Assembly: GCF_902713615.1 (NCBI RefSeq)
Contig: NC_052147.1
Location: forward strand, 166,636,410 to 166,700,409
Length of the DNA: 64,000 nt
From: Scyliorhinus canicula
Lineage: Eukaryota
Reading direction: 5' to 3'
Under the pieces are notes generated by a model, which searched no databases, was not told the DNA's origin, and saw nothing but the letters and a program-made list of their open reading frames with translations. Position numbers and translations under genes: made by a program. Positions within the stretch are counted from its first letter, which is position 1. Each line of letters begins with the position of its first letter. Shown here piece by piece: positions 22,118 to 33,847 of the stretch.

Positions 22118-25100
22118 TGGTGGAACCATCAATTCACTAGACACGTGCTTTCAGATATGAACAGTGCTTTTAACCTACTTACAACAGAGCCAGCCTGTTC
22201 CGCGTTGAACTCTCGATGAACTGAAAGACTGGCTCTGGGCATTGATATTCATACAGCAGTCCAGGGGGAGGAGTCGTGGGCGGAGACAAAGGTGGAGCCC
22301 TGTACACACTCCTAAGTATTCCCAGCGCTACTCCCCCTAGTGGTCGGGCAACGCAACTGCGCTTACAAATGCATGGTCTCATGTATATACAATACAGTGT
22401 GAATTACGGAGTTACATTCACCACATTCACAACCTACAAAAAAAAATCAAGTCTGGTGGGGGTGGTGGTTCATAAATTGAGTCTGTCTTGTGGTCGGACT
22501 GTCCGCTGCGATCTGCGGAGCACCGGGGTTGCACCCTCTTGCGGTGGCTGGACGGGTGTTATGGGTTAGAGTACGATGGCGGATTCCAGGGAAAATCTCG
22601 TCCGAGCTCCATACCCGTCTGGTTCGACTGGGGGCTGAGGGACGCTGGGGGTTGGCCTGTGCGGGCGCGCGGAACATGTGGAGAAGGCTAGTGGGCTCGG
22701 GAGCGCGAGGGGGCGGCTGGGTTGCCTGGAACCAATGCAGCGAGCTAGTGGGTACGGGAGCCCGAGGGGGCGGCAGGATGGGGTGTAGGGTGAGGGGTGC
22801 ATCTGTAGTGATAGAGGGGATGCTGCATCTGGCGGGTGCAAGGTCTTGGAGTGATACGGTGTCCTGACGGCCGTCAGGGAACTCGACGAAGGCGTACTGG
22901 GGGTTGGAGTGAAGCAGGCGCACCTTCTCAACAAGGGGGTCGGTTTTGTGTCCCCTGACGTGCTTCCTCAGGAGTACAGGGCCCGGTGTCTTCAGCCATG
23001 CCGGAAGTGATCCCCGTGGTAGTGCCCCTGGAAAAACTGAAGAGCCTCTCGTGAGGGGTCTGATTGGTCGCTGTGCATAAGAGGGACCTAATAGTGTGGA
23101 GCGTGTCTGGGAGGACTTCCTGCCAATGGGAGACTTGGAGATTCCTGGAACGGAGGGTCAGTAGGACGGTCTTCCAGACTGTCACATTCTCCCTCTCCAC
23201 CTGCCCAGTCCCCCTGGGGTTGTAGCTGGTAGTCCTGCTCGAGGCGATGCCCTTGTCGAGCTGGTACTGACGCAGCTTGTCGCTCATGAAGGACGAACTC
23301 CGGTCGCTGTGCACGGAGCTGGGGGAAACCAAACAGGGCCCTTATGACTGTGTGGGAGGTCATATCGGGATAGCAAATGGGAAGCGGGAGAACTCAACTA
23401 CGACGTTTAAAAAGTAAACGTTCTTGTTAGTTGAGGGGAGTGGCCCTTTGAAATCGATCGCGAGGCGTTCAAAGTGCCTAGAAGCCTTGACCAGGTGGGC
23501 CCTGTCTGGTCTATAAAAGTGCGGTTTGCACTCCGCACAGATCGAGCAGTCTCTGGTGACGGCTTTTACCTCCTCAGTGGAGAAAGACAGATTTCGGGCT
23601 TTGATGTAGTGGGCGAGCTTGGTGACCCCCGGGTGGCAGAGGTCGTTGTGGATGACATTCAGGCGGTCGATCTGCATGCTGGCGCATGTCCCGCGGGATA
23701 GGGCAACTGGGGCCTCGTTGAGCTTCCCCGGTCGATACTTAATATCGTAGCTGTAGGTGGAGAGTTCGATCCTCCACCGCAGGATTTTATCGTTTATAAT
23801 TTTGCCCCTTTGCGAGTTGTCAAACATAAAGGCAATCGATCGTTGGTTGGTGATGAGGGTGAACCTCCTACCTGCGAGGTAGTGCCTCCAGTGACGAATA
23901 GCCTCCACGATGGCTTGTGCTTCTTTTTCGACTGCCGAGTGTCGGAGTTCCGAAGCGGAGAGGGTACGGGAGAAAAATGCAACTGGCCTTCCTGCCTGAT
24001 TTATGGTGGCTGCTAGAGCTACCTCTGAGGCGTCGCTCTCAACCTGAAATGGAGTGGATTCATCCACCGCCCACATGGCCGCCTTGGCGATGTCCTCCTT
24101 GATGCAGTTGAAGGCCTGGCGCGCCTCAGCTGACAGGGGAAATAGTGTGGCCTTAAAGAGTGGGCGGGCTTTGTCCACATATTGAGGGACCCACTGGGCG
24201 TAGTAGGAAAAGAAACCCAAGCACCGTTTGAGGGCCTTGGGACAATGAGGGAGGGGGTGTTCTAAGTCCGAGTCTGGGCTCAGAACTCCGTTTTCCACGA
24301 CATAGCCGAGGATGGCTAGTCTGGCTGTGCGTAAAACGCATTTCTCCTTGTTATAAGTGAGGTTTAATTTCTGAGCCGTCCGGAGAAAACGGCAGAGGTT
24401 GGCATCGTGGTCCTGCTGGTCATAGCCGCAGATGGTGACATTGTCCAAGTACGGAGGCTTGGCCCGCAGCCCGTACTGGTCCACCATTCGGCCCATTGCT
24501 CGTTGGAACACCGAAACCCCGTTAGTGACGCCGAAGGGGATCCCGGAGGAAATGGAAGAGGCGGCCATCGGCCACGAATGCCGTGTAGTGGCAGTCCTCC
24601 GGGCGGATTGGGAGCTGGTGGTATGCAGACTTCAGATCCACCTTGGAAAAGAGCCGATACTGGGCGATCTGGTTTACCATGTCTGCAATCCTGGGGAGGG
24701 GATACGCGTCAAGGAGCGTAAATCTATTTATGGTCTGACTATAGTCGACAACCATACGGAATTTTTCCCCTGTCTTGACGACCACCACCTGAGCTCTCCA
24801 GGGGCTGTTGCTGGCCTCTATGATCCCCTCACTGAGAAGCCTTCGGACCTCCGATCTGATGAACACCCTATCCTGCAGGCTGTATCGCCTGCTACGAGTG
24901 GCTATGGGTCTACAGTCCTGTGTGAGATTGGCAAAGAGAGGAGGGGGGGGGGGGGAGATTCTCAGTGTGGCGAGGCTGCAGATAGTGAGTGGGGGCAAGG
25001 GCCCGCCGAAGCTGAGGGTGAGGCTCTTAAGGTTACATTGAAAATCTAGGCCTAATAAGAGTGGCGCGCAGAGTTTGGACAAGACGTAGAGGAGAACAGC

Positions 25101-25158
25101 GTCTTACCAGATCTGGATGTATGAAGCTCTCAGTACTCCCGGAGTCGAAAAGGCATGG
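22118..25158 (-). mobile_element. Ty3/Gypsy LTR retrotransposon, 5'-truncated (PR-RT-RH-IN + PPT + 3' LTR 22118-22425)
   Basis: Protease CLFDSGSTESF (DSG 25138-25146); RT SPWRAQVVVV/DAYPLPRI/DLKSAYHQ/PFG/YLDN; RNase H DAS; HHCC zinc finger; integrase IDFKGP/SDR/GQVERE in Gypsy order. LTR starts TGTGGTGAATG on - after a purine-rich tract. Frameshifts present. Confidence 0.92.
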
Positions 25159-25159
25159 C

Positions 25160-26370
25160 AGTTCTTGAGTTTTAAAGGAAAAGTTTTCACAATTTCTGTT
25201 AATTATTATTCCAGATGGTTTGAAGTGAGAAGACGAAACATCATCATGATGGAGGCAGTCACTAAGAAGAAATGTTGTGCACATGTCATGCTAGATGTTG
25301 TGGTCAGACAATGGTCCTAAGTTCGCAAATGATTTGTTCCGCAACTTTGCACAGGAATATGTGGCTGGATTCTCCGTTTCAGCGGCTAAGAGTAAGCCCC
25401 GAGCATAAAACCAGGGACGTATTCTCCGTTGCCCAACGCCAATATCGTAATCGGCGGTGGGGCGTAGAATCCCTTCAAATGTTCAAATCGGGGGCGGCAC
25501 TGGTTTGACGCCGGTTTTCAAGTTTCTGCCCCCTCGGAAATGACATAATTGCGACGAACGCCGTTGAAACAGCATGCTCCGTCCCTGATGGGCCAAGTTT
25601 CCAGACCGCGCAGTTGACATGTGGTCTGAGCAGTCGGGAATCCGGCCAAAATCGGCGTCGAACCCTCAGCGATTCCGGAATGGTGAGGGACTAGCAGCGG
25701 CAGCTCCCATGCCTAAAATGGCCGGAGATTGACAGGGTCCGTGGCCGTGCATGCACATGGCTGACAACCTGCAGCGGTGGCCGTACATCATGCGACCCCA
25801 CAGGCGACCCCCTGGCCAGTCACTGGCCGCCCCCCACCAGTTCCCCCTGCCCTCATGGAAGCAACTCTTCCCGGCCAGTAGCACGGATCCTGGCCGAGTG
25901 TGGTGGTGCTGGACACAGTCCGCAGCTGCAACACCGGGTTCCTGACTGCTCAGACCACATGTCAACCGAGTGGTCGGGAACTTGGCCCATTAGGGACAGA
26001 GCATCACCGGAGGGGCTTCCGATGACGCGCCAATGCCGTTTCAATGGCGTGCGGTGCATGATGTGATGACGCCATTTCAGACGGGGCGGAGACTTGAAAA
26101 CTGGCCCCTGATTTGAACATCTGAAGGGAATCACCGATTACAATCTCGGCTTCGGGCAATGGGAATCCCGCCCCTGGTTTTATGCATAGGGCTTGTTAGT
26201 TGAAAGGGTTTTCAAACAATCAAGGAATTGATGGAAAAAGAATGAAGATATTAACTTATTTCTTCTTAACAACAGAACCACCCCTTTAAAAATGGGTTCT
26301 CATCATCAGAACTGATGAGATGATGGCTGAGAACATAACTTCCAGCTCTACAGCAACCATTAAAACATAA
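25160..26370 (+). mobile_element. Older Gypsy-type integrase relic, split by a MITE (copy at ~53272-54480)
   Basis: Decayed motifs FKGKVFTISVNYYSRWFEV, (S)DNGP.FANDLFRNFAQEY|GF.H, and RTTPLKNGFS..EL; typical integrase core and C-terminal sequence. Confidence 0.65.
25362..26173. mobile_element. 812-bp Harbinger-type MITE (copy at 53474-54285)
   Basis: TIR (T)GGCTGGATTCTC / GGGAATCCCGCCC; flanks ATG/CTG; internal inverted repeats; interrupts the integrase relic at EY|GF. Confidence 0.75.
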
Positions 26371-26663
26371 CATTACCTCAAAAGATCACGAGATGCACCT
26401 GTACATTGCCAGCTAAACTACTCCACCATCATTCACATGCATGATCACATTGATGTCAACTCATGTGAATTGGACAAAAACAGAGCAACAAATCCATTTA
26501 CCGTTGTACTGTCACTGCTAGTAGTTACGCCAAGGAGCAAAAACATATTTTAGTTAATTTAGCAACCGAGCTAGCTGGAGATATGTTAGAAAAAAATTTT
26601 TGAAAATGGATTTTGTAACCATTGCTGTTTGAAAACAATTTGAATGTAGAAAGAACAATGGAC

Positions 26664-26904
26664 TCGCCCTCTTTGTTTTCACACGACAAATAAAATGAAA
26701 CTAAAGCAAAGTGAAGAGAATCAGTGACATGTCAAGCAACATGTCAAGTGATGTGTTTTGTTCTCTTTTTGCTGATGCTCAGCATCAGATCATATGAATA
26801 ACAAAGGAACAGAGTAGAGAGGTCATTTTGTACAGCGTATATATATCACACTGTAGAACGTGTTCCTATGTTAAAGCAGTTACTCATCTAACTGTGAGCT
26901 CAAA
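26664..26904 (+). promoter_or_regulatory. Proximal promoter/5'UTR of A2
   Basis: MARE-like 26770-26784, AACAAAG, TATATATA 26838-26845. Confidence 0.75.
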
Positions 26905-29900
26905 ATGGCAAAGGCAAGAATCACGCTGTTATCTCTACACTTTGTGATTACTATCACTAGATTTTCAAGCTTACTAATTTATCTTCTTCGTAGCCTAGTT
27001 TGACAAGTTATTAATTTAAAAAGCTGTGACTTTTTCCACAGATTATCTTTTACGAGGACAGGAACTTCCAGGGTCGGCACTATGAGAGCAGCAGTGACTG
27101 TGCTGACCTGTCCTCTTACTTCAGCCGCTGTAACTCCATGCGTGTCATGAGTGACTGGTGGGTAATGTATGAGAGACCCAATTACATGGGATACCAGTAT
27201 GTTCTGAGCAGGGGAGAATATCCTGACTACCAGCGCTGGATGGGATTCAATGACAACATCGGGTCATGTCGCACCTACCCATATGTAAGTTGGTTATTTA
27301 CATATTCTGCTCAGATTGAGGTCGAGAAAATGTCCATTGAGCAAAGCATCAAAAGTTGGGGATGTCGCCCTCTTTTCCACACTTGATATTTGTAATAACA
27401 GTAATGATACACAGCTGAGTAATTAAAGGTAGAAATTGGAAATCATTGCTCCTCGAATTTGGGTCAAGTAAATTTTCAGGCAGTGTTGTTGGCCACCTAA
27501 CATAGGATTAGGTGATTTACAATGTAAATGAGATGCCTAAAACCCAGCTTTAATTGCCCTGAGAGCAATTTGATTGTGATGGATTAAAATGGCAGTGGAA
27601 AAAAATAAAAGCAAATTACTGAGAATGCTGCAATCTGAAACAAAAGAGAAAATGCTGGAAAATCTCAGCAGGTCTGGCAGCATCTGTAGGGAGAGAAAAG
27701 AGCGAACGTTTCGAGTCCAGATGACCCTTTGTCAAAAGGCTGTAGAGTTCAGAGCAGAGACTACCGAGAAATTGTTTTGATGAAAAGTCTTCTTGTTGTC
27801 CTCAGGACAGTTAGGGTGCAGGTCATGTAATGTTCTTATTGGCTGGCCTGATTTATTACAAGAACACTTGGGGTTAAAGTTATAAACGATTCATTAACTT
27901 TAACTGTGGGTAACCTATAGACAAGAGAACAGATGAACAAAACAGTAAAATCACGCACAAGCAGCCTCTCTCTTTTGAGCAGCCAGTCTGAGGGGTGAGC
28001 TAACTTTAACATTCACCTACATACTAGTGAGACACCAAGTGGTCAGTTGATGAATTACAACACAGCCATGCTATCACTACAGGTCTGACTCCACAGTCAT
28101 TGTTTTCACATTGGGTCGGATTGGATTGTTTTATTGTCTTGTGTACTGAGGTAAAAGTATTTTTCTGCGAGCAGCTCAACAGATCATTAAGTACATGAAA
28201 ATAAAATAAAATAAAAAGAAAATACATAATAGGGCAACACAAGGTACACAATGTAACCACATGAACACTGGAATCGGGTGAAGCATCCGGTGTAGTATTA
28301 ATCAGGTCAGTCCATAAGAGGGTCATTTAAGGGTCTGGTTATAGCAGGGAAGAAGCTGTTTTTGAGTCTGTTCATGCGTGTTCTCAGACTTTTGTATCAC
28401 CTGCCCGATGGAAGAAGTTGGATGAGTGAGTAAGCCGGGTAGGAGGGATCTTTGATTTGCTGCCCGCCTTCCCCAGGCGGGGAGGTGTAGATGGTGTCAA
28501 TGGATGGGAGGTGGGTTCATGTGATGGACTGGGCTGTGATCACAACTCTCTGAAGTTTCTTGAGGTCTTCGGCCAGGCAGTTACCATACCAAAGTGTGAT
28601 ACAACCAGATATTGCCAACTGTAAAGGTTGGTCAGAATTCATGTGGACATTCCTAATATCCCATCCTCACCAGCCACTTCATATCCCCCATCCCTAGTGT
28701 TCCCTCTAATCCAGTCCTGTGCCCCTCAAACTTGCAAACTGCATCTGGAGGGTATTTGTGCATCAACTGTCAATGAGTGTTGATGCTGAATAAGGACCTC
28801 AAATTGGTACGTGGTTGCCTCAAATTGGTACGTGGTTACCTCTCCAACTGAGACTAGATCAGTTTCTACCTCGTAAATACTGGCACTGAAAGACAATGGC
28901 CAGAATCATCTGCTCCCACTGAAAGTCAATGGAAGTTAGGGTGGCCTGCTACTGTTGGGCCAGAACATCCTGGCCTATGTGTATTTGTCTGAGATTGGAT
29001 AAAATATTTACATAGATTTTTTTGCACAGAAATAGTTGGTCAGTTCGGAGCATATCCTTGTATACCTTTTATCCTCATGCACTTACCCAATTTCCCTTTA
29101 AATAGAAATTTTACAGGGCAGCACGGTGGCCTAGTGGTTAGCACAACCGCCTCACGGCGCTGAGGTCCCAGGTTCGATCCCGGCTCTGGGTCACTGTCCG
29201 TGTGGAGTTTGCACATTCTTCCCGTGTCTGTGTGGGTTTCGCCCCCACAACCCAAAAATGTGCAGAGTAGGTGGATTGGCCACGCTAAATTGCCCCTTAA
29301 TTGGAAAAAATAATTGGGTAATCTAAATTTTAAAAAAAAAATAGAAATTTTACATTTTTCATCATAATTCGAATGCTATATTGCTTCTGTAAGTTAAATA
29401 TTATATTCTGCTCAGCAGAAAGGTTGACAATCCCAAATCACCCACAAGATAATATGCTGAATACCTCCACCCCGCCGGCTGCAAGTCCCCGGGCGGGATT
29501 CTCCGGTCGTCGGGCGAACACGGCTGGAGAACCCCGCCCATATTAATTTGAAGGAAAATAGTAAACCAGCTTTATGTACTGACATTAAGAAATCGCCTGA
29601 CTGTACGGCACTGCTTAAATTTCCCGTGAACAAAGTTTTCTTCAAAACAATATGAGATTTCATTAGTTTTGCACACTGGGAATCAGATGAGGATTTATTC
29701 CACAGATTCGACGTTATCCGGAATTATCTATAGATCCTGAATTATTGCATTCCTCAGCTGTTCCCTACTAACCAAACTGGCCCTTTTTTATATATTTCAG
29801 ATGAATGATTGATTCTTCCCTCACAATTTTTTTTTTTTTCTATGACAGTACCGAGGTGGAAACTACAGAATGAGGATTTACGAGAGGCCTGACTTTGGAG

Positions 29901-30124
29901 GACAGATGATGGAATTCATGGATGACTGCCCATCTGTCTACGATCGTTTCCGTTACCGTGACATCCACTCCTGCCATGTGATGGACGGTTACTGGACCTT
30001 CTATGAACATCCCAACTACAGAGGTCGACAGTACTTCATGAGACCCGGTGAATACAAGAGATACAGTGACTGGGGCGGCTACAACTCAACTATCGGTTCT
30101 TTCAGACGCATGAGAGATTTCTAA
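26905..30124 (+). CDS. cryg: gamma-crystallin copy A2, 175 aa; exons 26905-26913, 27042-27284, 29849-30124
   Basis: Intact spliced ORF with C19S, N21S, P28S, S75N, N134T relative to the B copies. GC-AG intron 1 (128 nt); AATAAA 30174-30179. Confidence 0.95.
29116..29338 (+). mobile_element. Young V-SINE-like insertion, A2 intron 2 only
   Basis: Intact A/B boxes, A-rich tail, perfect 16-bp TSD AAATAGAAATTTTACA (29100-29115, 29339-29354); empty in A1 and A3. Confidence 0.92.
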
Positions 30125-30275
30125 ATTGTTCTTGACATATATGGTTTAGATTTTCGAACATATGTATCAGCAGAATAAAACGACATAACTTAACTGCTTT
30201 TTCTCTCAAATGATTTGTTTTTGGATTGTCTCTGCTGTTCAAATATAGAGTGGAAAGAAATCGCTGAGACAAAGA

Positions 30276-31237
30276 GGACGCGATTCTCCCAAAAAATCCC
30301 AAAGGCGAGTTTCTCACGGCTATTCAATGGCACTTAGTCATTTTCATAAGCCCACACTTAGATTTTCTTTAGAACTGGAAAGCTGAACTCAGAGGTTGGG
30401 CAGCCATTGTGAAAGGGTGCCTCAATCTCTAAATGAGCTTGTGGGCCCCCCACACCCAGCACCATGGGCAATGTCACCCACATGGACACTACCCCACACC
30501 TCCCAAGTGAGCATACCATGCTATGGGATCCATGGAGGTCCTCGTTCTTCAGGCCCCACCCAAACCCCCTTACAGCATTCCCCTCCTTCCAAGACCCCTA
30601 CCCATCACCCCTCCAACCTCTGTGGCCCCTACTTACCTACCTGGCAGTCTGCCCCCCTTCAAACTCCCTCTCCACCCTCATTTAAAGAGCATGGACCACT
30701 CACTTCCTGGTCCTTGTAGTGCCACCCTGGCACGCGGGCACTCTTGCACTGTCACCCTGGCACCCAGGCAGTGCTCTTGCTGGCTTGGCAGTGCCATCCA
30801 GGTACCTTGGCAGTGCCAAGGTGCCAGCTGGACAGTGCCAAGGTACCAACGTTCCAGGGTGAAGGCCAGGGAGCCACCCAGGGAGCTACACTGACCAACC
30901 AGGGGTCTCCGATGTCCCCGAGTCCTCCCGGGTATCGTTCTGCCTGGTTTGCATTTGTGCAGACTAGCATTGATCGGCTTCCCTGTGGTGGCCGGAGAAT
31001 CGAAGGAGGCTGTTGGATCCTGGGTGAGTAGGTCATAAGTAGGTTTATAACCTACTTCCGGGAGCGGCATTGGGTCACGCCCATTTGGGGCGGGGTTCCA
31101 ACTCCAACATCTCGCTGGACTTTGGAGAATCTCGAGAGGCGAGGAGCCTGTCGGGAGGCTCGCTTTAAGCCTCTCCCGGGATTCTCAGGCCACGTTGTGT
31201 TCTCGCTTGAGCACAAAGTGGCTGGGGAATGACGGCC
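30276..31237. mobile_element. Harbinger-type MITE, A2 copy
   Basis: Paralog of 4797-5798 with a ~45-bp internal deletion near the left end. Confidence 0.7.
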
Positions 31238-33847
31238 ATATCTTAATCACATGTTCAAGATGATTAAGGCAAATTTAGGGCAAATATGTGATGATCTTCC
31301 CATCATTCCCATTGAAGTTGAGAATTCCACACAAATTATTTCCTGGACAATGACCATTGTATGAATCAATTTAATGGTATTACAATTAAAATTTGATTCC
31401 TTTCTCTATAATGAGTCAAAGGTTCAGTTCCAGATCATTTTGGAGTCTAATGCATGGAAGTCAGACGCATTAATAGTTAAATAAATAACAGCCGATGGCT
31501 GAGCCCTTCTGGGTTTGTGTTTAATCACAATGTTAATGGCAAAAGCAGTGAGAACTTTGTGCTTTGCATTAACGCGTTAAAAATCACCAGAACGTCCCAG
31601 TCCCAGATCTTTTCTGCTTTTGACCATTATGTTATAACTAATTTCTAGAAACTCTTCCCTGAGCCACCCTCAACTCATTAGAGGGGATATTTATTTTAAA
31701 TGAATAAAGCAAAGGAACTGGAGCAAAAAATGATTTCTTCACAATAGGCATTGATCTTGTATCATTCCTCCATTCATGCAAAATATATCAGCTGTGATTC
31801 CTGGCCTGAACTGTGATTCAAATACATTGTTTTCTGAAATATTTATTTTCTATTCCTCACCACCCACTGACACAGTCTGAGCTATATATTTATCTTTAAA
31901 CGTTTCAGACAGACCCTGGCTTAAACAAAGCAGCTTACTAAATATCTCCAATAAAGTGAGTGGCATCAAAAAACCTTGAATCAGAACAAATATTTTAAAT
32001 CTGCCAATCAAGCATCGTCTTAACTATTTACACAAGATGTTTGTCTTTCTTAGTATCGTTGATTCAGAGAAGATTCAACATGTTCCATTCAGCATTTTAA
32101 ATGAGCTGAGCATGTCAGCCTCAGCCACCAACTTAGACGGTGAATCCCAGATGCCCTTTGAGTGAACAGGTTTTCCTCTTTTCCCCATAATCCTTCTGCC
32201 AATCATATGAAATCTATGCCCTGGGAACTGACCCCTCAGCTAGGGGAAACAAGTCTTTCCTCTCTATCCTGTCTTGGCCCCTCATAATTTTGTACACCTC
32301 AATCAGGTCACCCATTAGCCTCATCTGTTCAATAGTAAACAACCCTAGACTACGTTCCAGATCATGACAATTTTCAGCGTAAAAAACAATTCTCCTTATC
32401 TCCCCTCTGGTTCTGTAGCCAATCACTTTAAATCTGTGTCCACAAACCTTTGCTGTACTGGAACCAATTAGGCTTTATTTACTACGTTGCAAAGCTTCAT
32501 TATTTTGAACATGTTCACTACATCGCCTCTGAATTTCTCTGCTTTAAGGAGAACCAATCCCAGCGTTCTAATGTCTCTGTGTAATTGAAATCTCATATCT
32601 CTGACACCATTCTGCTAATTATCTTCCCCACCTCTTCAAATACCGTTATGTCGTTTTATTGTAAATGTGCTTGGCAGAGTAAGGGTTAACATGAGACTGG
32701 AGATTGACACCACTCACTGTACGATGGATGGAGTTACATGGTAAGAGACTTTGAAAGAACATTCTGGAATCAGCCTGCTGGGCATGGCAGAAGCACCATG
32801 CAATTGCAGTAAGATAGGATCAGTAAATAGTAACATAAAAGACTGTTTATGTATGAAAATATGAGTCTTAAATTCCTCATCACTGAGCCATGGCATACAA
32901 TATAATATTACAACTTGGTTGGCAGCTGTGGAATGACTTACAACATGATGAAAAACAGTGATATAAAATGTGGCTTTGCAAACCCAGAATAATATCCCCA
33001 AAAAACTGAAGCCAGACTAGAGTTTCATGCATGCGCGGCATTGTAGCAGAGTGGGTAGCACTGTTGCTTTACACCGTCAGGGTCCAAGGTTCGGTTCCCC
33101 ACTTGGGTCACTGTCTATGCGAAAACTGCACATTCTCCCTTGTGTGCGTGGGTTTCCTACGGGTGCTGAAAGACGTGCTGTTAGGTAATTCGGACATTCT
33201 GAGTTCTCCCTCCATGTACCCATAAAGGCACCAGAGTGTGGCGACCAAGGGATTTTCACAGTAACTTCATTGCAGTGTTAATGTTAGCCTACTAGTGACA
33301 ATAAAGATTATTATTATTATTACCTACGACAGAAAATTGAACAGACTGCTGAAGCATCTTCACTATAGTCGTCAAAGTTGAGCAATCCACCAGAGTGAGT
33401 GGACGTCCACTGTAAAACCCCCGTATGGCATAGAATAAAAAATAAAAAAACCTGGTCTAATCAGAATGACTGGTGAGCTCAAGAATTGCAAGATCCCTGA
33501 GTAATGCAGGGAAATAAAATTGCTCAGGTCACTAGATGGGTGAGCAAAACTATAAAATTTGCAAGGCCCTGTGTGATGTGAAGAATACTGGAAAGTTCAT
33601 GAGATGGTGAGGAACAATTACAAAAAAGAATATGTGCTTACATTAAAGAATAGCTGGCAGTCCCACAGCTCAGCATATCAATAGAGAAGCTGGAAGACAG
33701 CTGGAAGTTACAAAAAAAATGCAAATATCAGCAAGCTTTGTTTTATTAAAAATAAAGTTTTATACATTTAACAGCTTAAAAAAACTAAAGTGGCTGATTG
33801 TCTCACAGAGGAAAGAAACACCTGCGATGGTGTAGGAACATTTTCAC

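Larger units (their letters stand above)
1159..26393 (+). repeat. Tandem segmental duplication unit 1 (A1+B1 cassette, ~25.2 kb)
   Basis: Homology to unit 2 starts at TGCACCTGTACATTGCC (1159 = 26394 = 54506); genes and TE relics are colinear throughout. Confidence 0.9.

Noticed and set aside
29116-29190. tRNA genes (A/B-box sequences here and at ~8153, ~6745, ~39320)
   Set aside because: These are SINE heads that continue into V-domain or LINE-like tails, with no complete cloverleaf.
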